NCBI RefSeq assembly: GCF_023055435.1
Contig: NW_025964223.1
Span: forward strand, 49,476,001 to 49,540,000
Source of the DNA: Haliotis rufescens
Taxonomy: Eukaryota
DNA length: 64,000 nucleotides
Direction: 5' to 3'
Below the pieces are notes generated by a model. It ran no database searches and was not told where the DNA came from. It was given only the letters and a program-made list of their open reading frames with translations. This document shows positions 1 through 11,119 of the stretch, one piece after another. Within the stretch, counting starts at the first letter, position 1. The number at the start of each line of letters is the position of its first letter. The position numbers and the translations under genes were made by a program.

Positions 1-1891
1 TTCACATGACAGAATTAATGTGAACTAATATTTATCTGAACATCGTTTCGAAGTCTGTGAGGCTGTCCGTATTTTATTATTTATATCTCCAATAATGTCT
101 TCGTGTCTCAATTTTGCTGCCGCTGTGGAAAATTGCGCACCGATGTAATAAAAGAAATACTACTAGATCTACCATTGCATCGTCATAAAAGAACCAGGTC
201 AACTTTATCTTTGTTCCGTTGTTTATTAAAAATTCGTTTTCGAAGCAAAGCGAATCGATCTACATCATAAATTAATTCATAGACTAGATTCTAGTACCAA
301 GTGTTAAACCCTTTTTTAAATGTCATAAAACAACTTACACAATTATTGAAAGAGATTTTTTTATAAGTAATATATTTTATTCCGTCCGCCCGCTCCCTGG
401 TTAGTTCAGGCTTGAGGGGAGAAACACATACAAACAATATGGATGGCCTTATGCAAATGACACTTGGCATGCCAATCAACAGGGATGTGGGTCACTGGGA
501 CCCGCCAAGTTTCACGGATCGAGTTACTTCAGGATAAGGGCTTCATCGGACAAGTCTTTGCCAAAATACATTGGTAGATCTACTTGGCAATGAAAAAATG
601 TCACGGAAACGACAAAAAACTACTTTGATCACTTGAAAATATGTTTGACCATTATATTACCAGGGTTTTTCTACAGGATCGTTGTCATCCAGATTCCAGA
701 TGAGGCAAGACGAACACAACGAAGAAAAACATTGTTGAAATCACCGATTGCCGTATATATTGTGAGAAATGCTTCTTCCTGCTTGTGCGATTCCCACTTT
801 TTTTCTTTTTCGACCATAAGGTGCACTTGCCACATTCACATCTGATGTAATCATACACTTTTATTTCCTTGTAAATGGCCCCACTCATGCATGTCTGCTC
901 AAAGACATAGCTGCCAGCCATGTATTCTTACATACCTTTACAGAAAGGACTTTTCCACTATACATGTGATCATATTCAGTTGTCAGTTCACCCAACTCGT
1001 CAACTATTCTGAAGGCATGTACGTCCTTTTCGCCACATAAAGGTGTTTGCGTGCACCGATAATTGACTATTTTACTTACTTTCTTACTTTCAAAGCATGA
1101 ATATATAATATATACATGTAAAATTATAATGTTGTTCGTGTTAAGTCTCGGCTCACATCTCTTTGCCTACACAGATAAGAAAAGGAGAAAGAGTTAGATC
1201 GTACAGAGCGCCTGTCAATAGGAGTTCACTTGCTTGCTGCTGGAAAATGTATTTTGAAAGCTGTGAGCAAGCTGATCACTGTTGACACGCTTTAAAAATA
1301 TGAAAAAAAAACGACGCGACTGTGTGATAAACCAGCTATTTTATGTTCCCCGTTCTAGCTGATCGCTGGCAAACGTACTTTAGACTTATTAGAAAGTATT
1401 TCCATACATTTCTCTCGCCATACAACAGGTAGATGTGACATGTTGCAGGTAGGGGGCTAGGCGAAACGCACACGACCAAGGGCGCACAACTCTTGACGCT
1501 CTATTTGAAAGGTCGTGCACAGGCGAGGCGTGTGTCGGTAAAACACCCCGTGGATGTCGGGCCTTTATCGCCGTTTTACACCTTTGAACACAACGTGCAT
1601 GTGCAGCTACACACATAGGAAGTCTGCACTCAGGATATTATATATATCAACGACACTAATCGCCTCACTTTCCAACATACACCCATTTGGGGGGTTAATA
1701 AACAAGCATAACAACAGTCATTAGTGTGAAGACACACTACCCCACCCCCCCCACCCCCACCCACCCCCCCCCCCCCACACCCCACACACACAATAAAATC
1801 CCTGACATACCTTTATCATCATCACCTATGTGTGTTATGTGCGTGGTGGGTGTTGCTGCCACGTTATCTCTGTTATCACGAGAACCTGCAC

Positions 1892-1919
1892 TTTATTACT
1901 GCTAATATACATATTTATT
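1892..1919 (-). promoter_or_regulatory. Two AATAAA polyadenylation signals downstream of the H1 stem-loop (same in every unit)
   Basis: tttatt at 1892-1897 and 1914-1919 on the + strand reads AATAAA on the H1 strand. Confidence 0.6.
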
Positions 1920-1964
1920 GTTTTGTTATCAGTGTTTTCAAGTTTTCTTTTGGGGTATTTGGAT

Positions 1965-1980
1965 GGCCCTGAAAAGGGCC
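1965..1980 (-). promoter_or_regulatory. Histone 3' stem-loop, present 44-59 bp past the stop codon of every H1 copy
   Basis: The minus strand reads CCAAA-GGCCCTTTTCAGGGCC-ATCCA, then purine-rich AAAAGAAAA. This is the canonical SLBP stem-loop plus an HDE-like element. Confidence 0.95.
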
Positions 1981-2023
1981 TTTGGACCACAGAAATGTGG
2001 AGCGAAGGCGTGACAATGAGAGC

Positions 2024-2587
2024 TTAAGCCTTCTTTGGCTTGACTGCCTTCTTCTTGGGGGTCTTGACCTTCTTGGGTTTGGCTGCTGCCTTCTTGGGTG
2101 TCTTCGCCTTCTTGGGCTTGGCTGCAGCCTTCACCTTCTTTGGTGACTTAGCGGCCTTCTTAGCGGCTGTTTTGGGTTTCTTGGCAGCAGCTGGCTTCTT
2201 GACTTTCTTGGGGGATTTGGCAGCCTTCTTTGGTTTGGCAGCTGCCTTAGCCTTCTTGGGTTTATCGTCTTTCTTTGCCTCGCCAAGACGGAATGATCCA
2301 GCGGCTCCAGTTCCCTTTGATTGCTTCAGTGCGCCGTTCTTGACTCCATTTTTCAAAGCAGTCTTGATGCGAGCATTGATGGCCACCTGGTTGTCACCAA
2401 CCTTGTAGTTGGCCAAGATGTATTTCAGAACAGCCTGTCGGGAAGAACCACCCCTCTCCTTCAGGGTTGAAATAGCTTTCTTGATCATCTCCAAATAGGT
2501 AGGATGTGCGGCAGCCTTCTTAGGCTTGGCAGCAGCCTTCTTCTTGGGAGTCTTGACAACAGCGGGGGCAGCAGCAGCATCAGCCAT
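2024..2587 (-). CDS. H1: Histone H1 (linker histone)
   Basis: Winged-helix globular domain (HPTYLEMI...ERGGSSRQA...[11 protein letters not shown]) with Lys/Ala/Pro-rich tails containing SPKK/TPKK motifs; intronless. Confidence 0.98.
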   Translation of the reverse strand: MADAAAAPAVVKTPKKKAAAKPKKAAAHPTYLEMIKKAISTLKERGGSSRQAVLKYILANYKVGDNQVAINARIKTALKNGVKNGALKQSKGTGAAGSFRLGEAKKDDKPKKAKAAAKPKKAAKSPKKVKKPAAAKKPKTAAKKAAKSPKKVKAAAKPKKAKTPKKAAAKPKKVKTPKKKAVKPKKA

Positions 2588-2642
2588 AGTGGTAAGTTTG
2601 AGTGGTAAGAATTCACGTCAGCTACGAGAGAAGCACAGAGAG

Positions 2643-2649
2643 CGAATGA
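2643..2649 (-). promoter_or_regulatory. Putative H1 cap/initiator site TCATTCG (~60 nt upstream of the ATG, same in every unit)
   Basis: Matches the invertebrate histone cap motif YCATTCR. No canonical TATA is visible ~30 bp upstream. Confidence 0.5.
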
Positions 2650-3680
2650 CACTTCCCCACAGACAGCCCGGCTGATACTCCGGAGGCGCGGACGTCGGAG
2701 GAGACACCCTGCTTGTTGTGGCTGATAGCTGCACGCTTACAAGCGCGTGTGCTTTTTCGTGTATTTGTATCCGAATAATCACTTCTTAATCAAGGAAAGT
2801 TTCAATTTCAACAATACAGTTAGGTAGTAAAAACATTTGGCTACATTTCGGTTACAATAGCAACGCTCACGGGTGAAGTTCAAAGCCACACGTGCTGTTT
2901 CCAATGAAGCGACCCAGTCTAAAATGTAGACATCGCTACTTTCAAAAGCACATTTTTAGCCTTGAGACTCAAGTTTATGCATTTTAAACGTTGCCTGTCA
3001 ATTCTCAATATATCTAACTATGAAAGTAAAACACAACACTCATCAGTATTGCCTATGATAAGCTAGAACAAGCGTTCAAACAACGACAATGAAGCACGTT
3101 TTTCTGACGACTTCGCCATTTTGCAACAGAAAACATTTGACACTATATTTCTGGAGACATAATTTTGGTCACTTCAATTAGAGTTGAAACTAACTTTGTC
3201 ATAACAAGTAAGTAACGGGGATTTTACTTTCAGGAAAACAGTCTAGTAAGACGAGGATCTCGGGACACAAGCAGCTAGGGCGCGAAGCCCCGAACAGTAA
3301 CATATATACATTGGTGTTTAGATCACTCGATCGGTCGTCACAGATTAAGTCTTTTTGCCTGTCTTAATAGCACGATATTAGTAGGGGTCTTCGTCGTTTG
3401 GATGTTAATTTTACCAGAACAATATAGGCTACCATGCATCAACGAAAAGTGAATGTTTCAGACGAAAGGCCGGATCGAGTGAGCGAGTGTGCCGGGCCTC
3501 GTGTTAAACAGTGATCACATGTTTTTACAACGGCTAGATTTTAATCCCTGTAAATATACATCATAAATCAACAAACACAACATGTCTACTGAACCCGCTG
3601 AAAACGCGAGCATGCTGTTTTCATGGCAATGTCTGTTTACCAATGTGTGGTGTCTATATGTAGCTAAAGTTTGCCGACAA

Positions 3681-3860
3681 ACTCCCCAACCAGCCAACAC
3701 CCAAAACCTAAACAACCTCACCTTACTCCTAGCATACATGCATAGTCAAAACTCACCAAAAGCTAGCATGAAATCCTTCTACAAAGTAGCTTTCAATCTA
3801 AAATTTACCGATCTTCCCTTCTTCCTCTTTAACCTCCATCTAAAAGAACTCACCGAATAA
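3681..3860 (+). pseudogene. C-terminal remnant of ORF1, LINE subtype A
   Basis: NLNNLTLLLAYM...KVAFNLK matches the ORF1 C-termini at 14919-16586 and 28363-30027. Confidence 0.85.
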
Positions 3861-3879
3861 AATAAAAAATAAAAAATAA

Positions 3880-6800
3880 ATCACGAATCACCCGAACCCA
3901 ATATTCGAAGGACTAAATATTTTTCAGTGGAACGCCAACGGACTCACCTCCCACGGCCATGAACTAAAAACTAAATTTAAACTAAATAAAGGCCCTCACA
4001 TTGCTTGTATACAGGAAACCAAATTCTCAAAAAAATCCAAATTCACACTACCTAACTACAACTCAGTTAGAACTGACAGAGCTAAACCGAAAACAAGAAG
4101 AGCCGCAGGAGGACTAATCATATTTATCAGGGAAGATATAAATTACGAAGAAATAAAAATAGACACGCCAAACCTAGAAGCCAACGGCATTAAAATCACA
4201 TTAAATAACCGAAACATAAACATCATAAATATTTACCACTGGGCGGAACAAAAAGTCCAACCTGAGGATCTAAACAAACTACTCCAAATAAGCGATAAAT
4301 CTACTATATTCCTAGGAGACTTTAACGCTCACCATCCTACATGGAGCATAGATGATAAAATAGATAATCATGGCAAATTAATCTCCGAATGGATAGAAAC
4401 AAACGACCTAGTACTCCTTAATAGCAACCAACCCACGAGGTACGATAAGATAAACCAAAAAATGTCGGCTATCGACCTAACCATATTCACCGCAGATCTA
4501 GCCCAAAGTACTCAATGGGAAGTGCACGACGTCCCGCTAGGTAGTGACCACTTCCCCATAAACATAACCATAGGAAATACAAACGTACCAATCCAAACAG
4601 AAAACCAAGAACCAAAATTCCATTACAATAAAGCTAACTGGGACCAATTCCAAGATATCTGCAACGAAGCTAACCTAAACGAAATAGAAAATAATGATCC
4701 AGAAACCTATTGTAAAAACCTAACAGACTATATAATAAACGCAGCCAAAACCTCCATCCCCTTCAAAACATCTAAGACAGGCAAACCGACGGTACCATGG
4801 TGGAATGAGGAAATAGAACAGACTAGACGAAAACGTAAATCAGCCTTCAATAAAGCAAAACGCGACTACAAATATTTAAACATAGCCCACGAACTAAACC
4901 ACCAGGTTCAAAAACTAGTCCAAATAGCCAAAAGTAGAGACTGGAAAAAATTCTGCGAAGGTATAAATAACCGTACAGATGCCAGAACGGTCTGGCGCAA
5001 AATCCACGCCATCAGAGGCTTAAAACGACATAACAAAAACCCTAACATTGACAACTCAACCAACCCCGCCCAAAAAGCAAATAATCTCGCCAACCACTTT
5101 TCGGCCGTTAGCAGTAACACCAACTTCAGTAAAAAATTCCAAGATAAACTTAAAACAGAAAACAAACCCACAAAAGAACCAAACAATAACAATCTAGAAA
5201 TAAATCAACCCTACACAATGGAGGAGCTCCTCTATGTAATCCAAAACAGGAAAAAGGGCACAGCCCCAGGATTAGACCTAACTTCTTACCAAATAATTAA
5301 AAAACTCCCCCTAAAACTACTCCAGGCACTACTCAAACTATACAATCTCATCTACCTAAACGGACAGGTTCCTACTCCCTGGAAACAGGCCCTAGTCATA
5401 CCAATCCCTAAACCTAATAAACCAGCTAATCAAGCTAACTCATATAGACCAATATCCCTAACTTCAAACTTATGTAAAGTAATGGAATCAATGGCTAAAA
5501 ATAGATTACAACATTACTTAACCCAAAATAACATCATAAACCCAGATCAAAGCGGTTTCACTCCTGGCCGCTCAACCCTAGATAACCTCACCCGACTAGA
5601 ACAAGATATTAAGACAGGACAGCTAAATAAACAATATACCACAGGCATCTTCTTAGACTTCTCTAAAGCTTTCGACATGGTATGGCACGATGGGCTAATA
5701 CAAAAACTTAAAAAAATAGGACTCAAAGGTCAGATAATAAACTACATCCAGGACTTCCTAAACAATCGTAAAATAACCGTAGGTATAGACCAAACTCTAT
5801 CGGACCAATGTCCCCTAGAAAATGGTACTCCACAGGGCAGTATCCTCAGCCCCACCCTCTTCAATATAATGATAAACGATCTATTCGAGGGCCTATCCCC
5901 TAAAGTAAACACATCAAAATTCGCGGATGATGGAGCCATCTGGATCCGCACTAAAAGCATGAACATGGTCCAAAATTTACTCCAAAAATCTCTTAATAAA
6001 ATACAACAGTGGGCTGACAAATGGGGCTTCTCCCTTAACTCAGAAAAAACAACAGGAATAGTATTCAAACATAAAAACATGAAACCCGCCTCCCCAATCT
6101 TCCAGCTAAACAATCAAACAATCAAATTTCAAAAACAAACCAAATTCTTAGGAATTATTTTCGATGAACATCTCACCTGGGATGCTCACATCCAAAACCT
6201 AACAACTAAATGCAGTAAAGACCTAAACACCCTAAGATGCCTAACTGGTTCTAACTGGGGAGCATCCAAAGATACCCTCCTCTCTCTCTACATATCACTA
6301 ATTAGATCAAAACTAGACTATGGCTGCGCCATATACAACACCCTAAACAACTCTCTATCTAAAAAACTTGACTCAATACAATATCAGGCTCTCAAACTAA
6401 TTACACGCACCCAACATGGCACCTCCTGCACCTCACTTCAGGCCTTAACAGGAGAAATGCCACTAAGTCTACGCAGGGAACAGCTAAGCTTAAATTTCTG
6501 GGCCGCGTCCCAATCAAACCCTCTCATCCAAAACTTAATAAACCAAAACATCAGCCCCAAAAACCAAGCTCTAGCTCGTAAACACCCCTTACTACCCCAA
6601 TATCCCAAAGAATAACAAACTACCTAAATGAACACCAAATTAAAAATCTTAAACAAAACTGCAAACAATCAAATATCTTCACCCCTAAACTTAAAATACC
6701 CAAAATAGACACAACACTAGCTAGCCAAATAAATAAACAAACCGACCCAAACATAGCTAAAACTACCACACTAGCATACATACACGAAAATTGGCCAAAT

Positions 6801-7661
6801 TGGTGTCACATTTACACGGACGGATCCTCAGATCCGACCTCCAAACACACAGGTTTCGGAGTCCATACCACACAACCAACTAAAACCACACAATCCTTCC
6901 GACTCCCAAACAACCAATCAATATTCACGGCAGAACTAATGGGCATGGCCTCAGCCCTCCATAATCAAGAATCCAAAAACCACAAAAAAATCCTAATACT
7001 TACCGACTCCCTAAGTGGACTGCAAGCCCTCCAAAACAAAAATACCAAAAACCGACCTAAATTAATAAATCAAATACTTAAAAGCTCCAACGACCTAACT
7101 AAGGCAGGCAAACAAATAACCTTCTTGTGGATACCCGCCCACGTAGGAATATACGGTAATGAAAACGCCGATAAAGCAGCTAAACTATCCCTCAAAATCC
7201 CAGAAATAAGCTTAAACTTACCCATCTCAAAATCAGAAATTAAAAGTGTAAACAAGCAAAAAATCACCAAAAAATGGCATAACCTATATCTAAACTCAAA
7301 TAGCCAAATCAAAAAAGTGCTCAGCAAACCACTAACCAAACCAAAAATTCTCCATCCATCCAAAAACATCGACAGAGTAATCACTAAACTCCAAACAGGA
7401 CACACCAACCTAAATAACCACCTAAAAAAATTTAAAAAACACACTACAGGTAACTGCCCACACTGCAAACAACCAGAAACCCCAGAACACGCACTCATCC
7501 ACTGCACACACTACCTAACACATCGAACCGCATTACAAACCACCCTCAATCTAAACAAGGCTCTAACTCTAGAAGCAATACTAAACCCACAAAATAACCT
7601 AGAAAACTTCAAGGCCTTAGGCGTATTCTTAATCAAAACGGAACTAATAAAACGCATCTAA
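3880..7661 (+). CDS. LINE ORF2 (APE endonuclease, RT, RNase H, CCHC), split by a -1 frameshift near 6590-6615; no in-frame ATG at the N-terminus
   Basis: Frame is open from 3880 (IFEGLNIFQWNANG, CIQETK, GDFNAH, GSDHFP). RT motifs PQGSILSP and FADD. RNase H (YTDGS, TDSLS, WIPAHVGIYGNENAD) and CPHC..H..HC lie in the -1 frame. Confidence 0.9.
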
Positions 7662-7941
7662 AAACACAATAACTCACCAAATCAAAATCACATAAACAAA
7701 CAAACATCCACCATACCCAGCTCCCTTAGTTCTCCTCCCCAATCCCATCGGCATCTATTCCAAATCTCAAAATTCCCAAATTCTATATAAGCAACCCCTA
7801 AAACCCCCCTCTTGGGTTGCACAGACCACCTTCGCCCCTTTCGGAAACACATTAAATGGCCTGGCCGGGGCCGTGTGCGAAATACGCATCAGTCGGAAAG
7901 CGCACGTTAAATCTCCAAAGTAAGTAAGTAAGACAAGCATT

Positions 7942-8060
7942 GTCTACGGCCATACCACGTTGAAAACACCGGTTCTCGTCCGATCACCGAAGTTAAGCAA
8001 CGTCGGGCCCGGAGAGTACTTGGATGGGTGACCGCCTGGGAACACCGGGTGCAGTAGACA
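7942..8060 (+). rRNA. 5S rRNA
   Basis: GTCTACGGCCATACCAC...GAAGTTAAGC...GGATGGGTGACC...GTAGACA, 119 nt, followed by TTTTT. Confidence 0.98.
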
Positions 8061-8065
8061 TTTTT
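8061..8065 (+). terminator. Pol III T5 terminator of 5S (same after every copy)
   Basis: TTTTT immediately after the 5S 3' end, with a second T-run ~17 bp further on. Confidence 0.9.
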
Positions 8066-9227
8066 GCTGTGCGATTCCCACTTTTTTTCTTTTCGACCAT
8101 AAGGTGCACTTGCCACATTCACATCTGATGTAATCATACACTTTTATTTCCTTGTAAATGGCCCCACTCATGCATGTCTGCTCAAAGACATAGCTGCCAG
8201 CCATGTATTCTTACATACCTTTACAGAAAGGACTTTTCCACTATACATGTGATCATATTCAGTTGTCAGTTCACCAAACTCGTCAACTATTCTGAAGGCA
8301 TGTACGTCCTTTTCGCCACATAAAGGTGTTTGCGTGCACTGATAATTGACTATTTTACTTACTTTCTTACTTTCAAAGCATGAATATATAATATATACAT
8401 GTAAAATTATAATGTTGTTCGTGTTAAGTCTCGGCTCACATCTCTTTGCCTACACAGATAAGAAAAGGAGAAAGAGTTAGATCTTACAGAGCGCCTGTCA
8501 ATAGGAGTTCACTGGCTTGCTGCTGGAAAATGTATTTTGAAAGCTGTGAGCAAGCTGATCACTGTTGACACGCTTTAAAAATATGAAAAAAAACGACGCG
8601 ACTGTGTGATAAACGTACTTTAGACTTATTGGAAAGTATTTCCATACATTTCTCTCGCCATACAACAGGTAGATGTGACATGTTGCAGGTAGGGGGCTAG
8701 GCGAAACGCACACGACCAAGGGCGCACAACTCTTGACGCTCTATTTGAAAAGTCGTGCACAGGCGAGGCGTGTGTCGGTAAAACACCCCGTGGATGTCTG
8801 GCCTTTATCGCCGTTTTACACCTTTGAACACAACGTGCATGTGCAGCTACACACATAGGAAGTCTGCACTCAGGATATTATATATATCAACGACACTAAT
8901 CGCCTCACTTTCCAACATACACCCATTTGGGGGGTTAATAAACAAGCATAACAACAGTCATTAGTGTGAAGACACACTACCCCACACACACACACAATAA
9001 AATCCCTGACATACCTTTATCATCATCACCTATGTGTGTTATGTGCGTGGTGGGTGTTGCTGCCACGTTATCTCTGTTATCACGAGAACCTGCACTTTAT
9101 TACTGCTAATATACATATTTATTGTTTTGTTATCAGTGTTTTCAAGTTTTCTTTTGGGGTATTTGGATGGCCCTGAAAAGGGCCTTTGGACCACAGAAAT
9201 GTGGAGCGAAGGCGTGACAATGAGAGC

Positions 9228-9791
9228 TTAAGCCTTCTTTGGCTTGACTGCCTTCTTCTTGGGGGTCTTGACCTTCTTGGGTTTGGCTGCTGCCTTCTTG
9301 GGTGTCTTCGCCTTCCTGGGCTTGGCTGCAGCCTTCACCTTCTTTGGTGACTTAGCGGCCTTCTTAGCGGCTGTTTTGGGTTTCTTGGCAGCAGCTGGCT
9401 TCTTGACTTTCTTGGGGGATTTGGCAGCCTTCTTTGGTTTGGCAGCTGCCTTAGCCTTCTTGGGTTTTTCGTCTTTCTTTGCCTCGCCAAGACGGAATGA
9501 TCCAGCGGCTCCAGTTCCCTTTGATTGCTTCAGTGCGCCGTTCTTGACTCCATTTTTCAAAGCAGTCTTGATGCGAGCATTGATGGCCACCTGGTTGTCA
9601 CCAACCTTGTAGTTGGCCAAGATGTATTTCAGAACAGCCTGTCGGGAAGAACCACCCCTCTCCTTCAGGGTTGAAATAGCTTTCTTGATCATCTCCAAAT
9701 AGGTAGGATGTGCGGCAGCCTTCTTAGGCTTGGCAGCAGCCTTCTTCTTGGGAGTCTTGACAACAGCGGGGGCAGCAGCAGCATCAGCCAT
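9228..9791 (-). CDS. H1: Histone H1
   Basis: Near-identical to 2024-2587. Confidence 0.98.
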   Translation of the reverse strand: MADAAAAPAVVKTPKKKAAAKPKKAAAHPTYLEMIKKAISTLKERGGSSRQAVLKYILANYKVGDNQVAINARIKTALKNGVKNGALKQSKGTGAAGSFRLGEAKKDEKPKKAKAAAKPKKAAKSPKKVKKPAAAKKPKTAAKKAAKSPKKVKAAAKPRKAKTPKKAAAKPKKVKTPKKKAVKPKKA

Positions 9792-11119
9792 AGTGGTAAG
9801 TTTGAGTGGTAAAAATTCACGTCAGCTACGAGAGAAGCACAGAGAGCGAATGACACTTCCCCACAGACAGCCCGGCTGATACTCCGGAGGCGCGGACGTC
9901 GGAGGAGACACCCTGCTTGTTGTGGCTGATAGCTGCACGCTTACAAGCGCGTGTGCTTTTTCGTGTATTTGTATCCGAATAATCACTTCTTAATCAAGGA
10001 AAGTTTCAATTTCAACAATACAGTTAGGTAGTAAAAACATTTGGCTACATTTCGGTTACAATAGCAACGCTCACGGGTGAAGTTCAAAGCCACACGTGCT
10101 GTTTCCAATGAAGCGACCCAGTCTAAAATGTAGACATCGCTACTTTCAAAAGCACATTTTTAGCCTTGAGACTCAAGTTTATGCATTTTAAACGTTGCCT
10201 GTCAATTCTCAATATATCTAACTATGAAAGTAAAACACAACACTCATCAGTATTGCCTATGATAAGCTAGAACAAGCGTTCAAACAACGACAATGAAGCA
10301 CGTTTTTCTGACGACTTCGCCATTTTGCAACAGAAAACATTTGACACTATATTTCTGGAGACATAATTTTGGTCACTTCAATTAGAGTTGAAACTAACTT
10401 TGTCATAACAAGTAAGTAACGGGGATTTTACTTTCAGGAAAACAGTCTAGTAAGACGAGGATCTCGGGACACAAGCAGCTAGGGCGCGAAGCCCCGAACA
10501 GTAACATATATACATTGGTGTTTAGATCACTCGATCGGTCGTCACAGATTAAGTCTTTTTGCCTGTCTTAATAGCACGATATTAGTAGGGGTCTTCGTCG
10601 TTTGGATGTTAATTTTACCAGAACAATATAGGCTACCATCCATCAACGAAAAGTGAATGTTTCAGACGAAAGGCCGGATCGAGTGAGCGAGTGTGCCGGG
10701 CCTCGTGTTAAACAGTGATCACATGTTTTTAGAACGGCTAGATTTTAATCCCTGTAAATATACATCATAAATCAACAAACACAACATGTCTACTGAACCC
10801 GCTGAAAACGCGAGCATGCTGTTTTCATGGCAATGTCTGTTTACCGACTGACTGACTGATATAGAAGATTTAACGTGCGCTTTCCGACTGCAGCGTATTT
10901 CGCACACGGGCCTGGCCAGGCCATTTAGTGTATTCCGAGAAGGGTGAAAGTGGTGTGTGCAACCCAAGAGGGGGCTTTTAGGGGTTGCTTATATCGATTT
11001 TTTTGAAATTCTAAAATTTGGAATAAATGCCGAGGTGGGTGGAGGAGGGAAATAAGGGAGCCGGGTGAGGTGGGTGTTTGTATGTTTATTGGATTTTGGA
11101 TTGGTAGATTAATTAGTTT

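Larger units (their letters stand above)
3681..7931 (+). mobile_element. 5'-truncated I-group-like non-LTR retrotransposon (subtype A) inserted just upstream of a 5S gene
   Basis: Interrupts gccgacaa|gcattGTCTACGG. Apparent GACAA duplication (3676-3680 and 7932-7936). Contains an ORF1 C-terminal remnant, APE-RT-RNase H-CCHC, and a (TAAG)n tail. Confidence 0.95.

Noticed and set aside
2040-2408. 122-aa hydrophobic ORF repeated in each unit
   Set aside because: Antisense shadow of the Lys/Ala-rich H1 tail.
3158-3168. AATTTTGG Sm-site-like motif suggesting an SL RNA or snRNA linked to 5S
   Set aside because: No recognisable leader, splice donor, flanking stems or U1/U2/U5/U7 sequence. An Rfam scan would settle it.
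3204-3215. Spacer AAGTAAGTAA as the target of TAAG-tailed elements
   Set aside because: No insertion occurs at this motif in any unit.
7858-7906. HDV-like or hammerhead ribozyme in the LINE 3' UTR
   Set aside because: No CUGANGA/GAAA core and no HDV nested pseudoknot could be built by eye, so it is reported only as a conserved structure.
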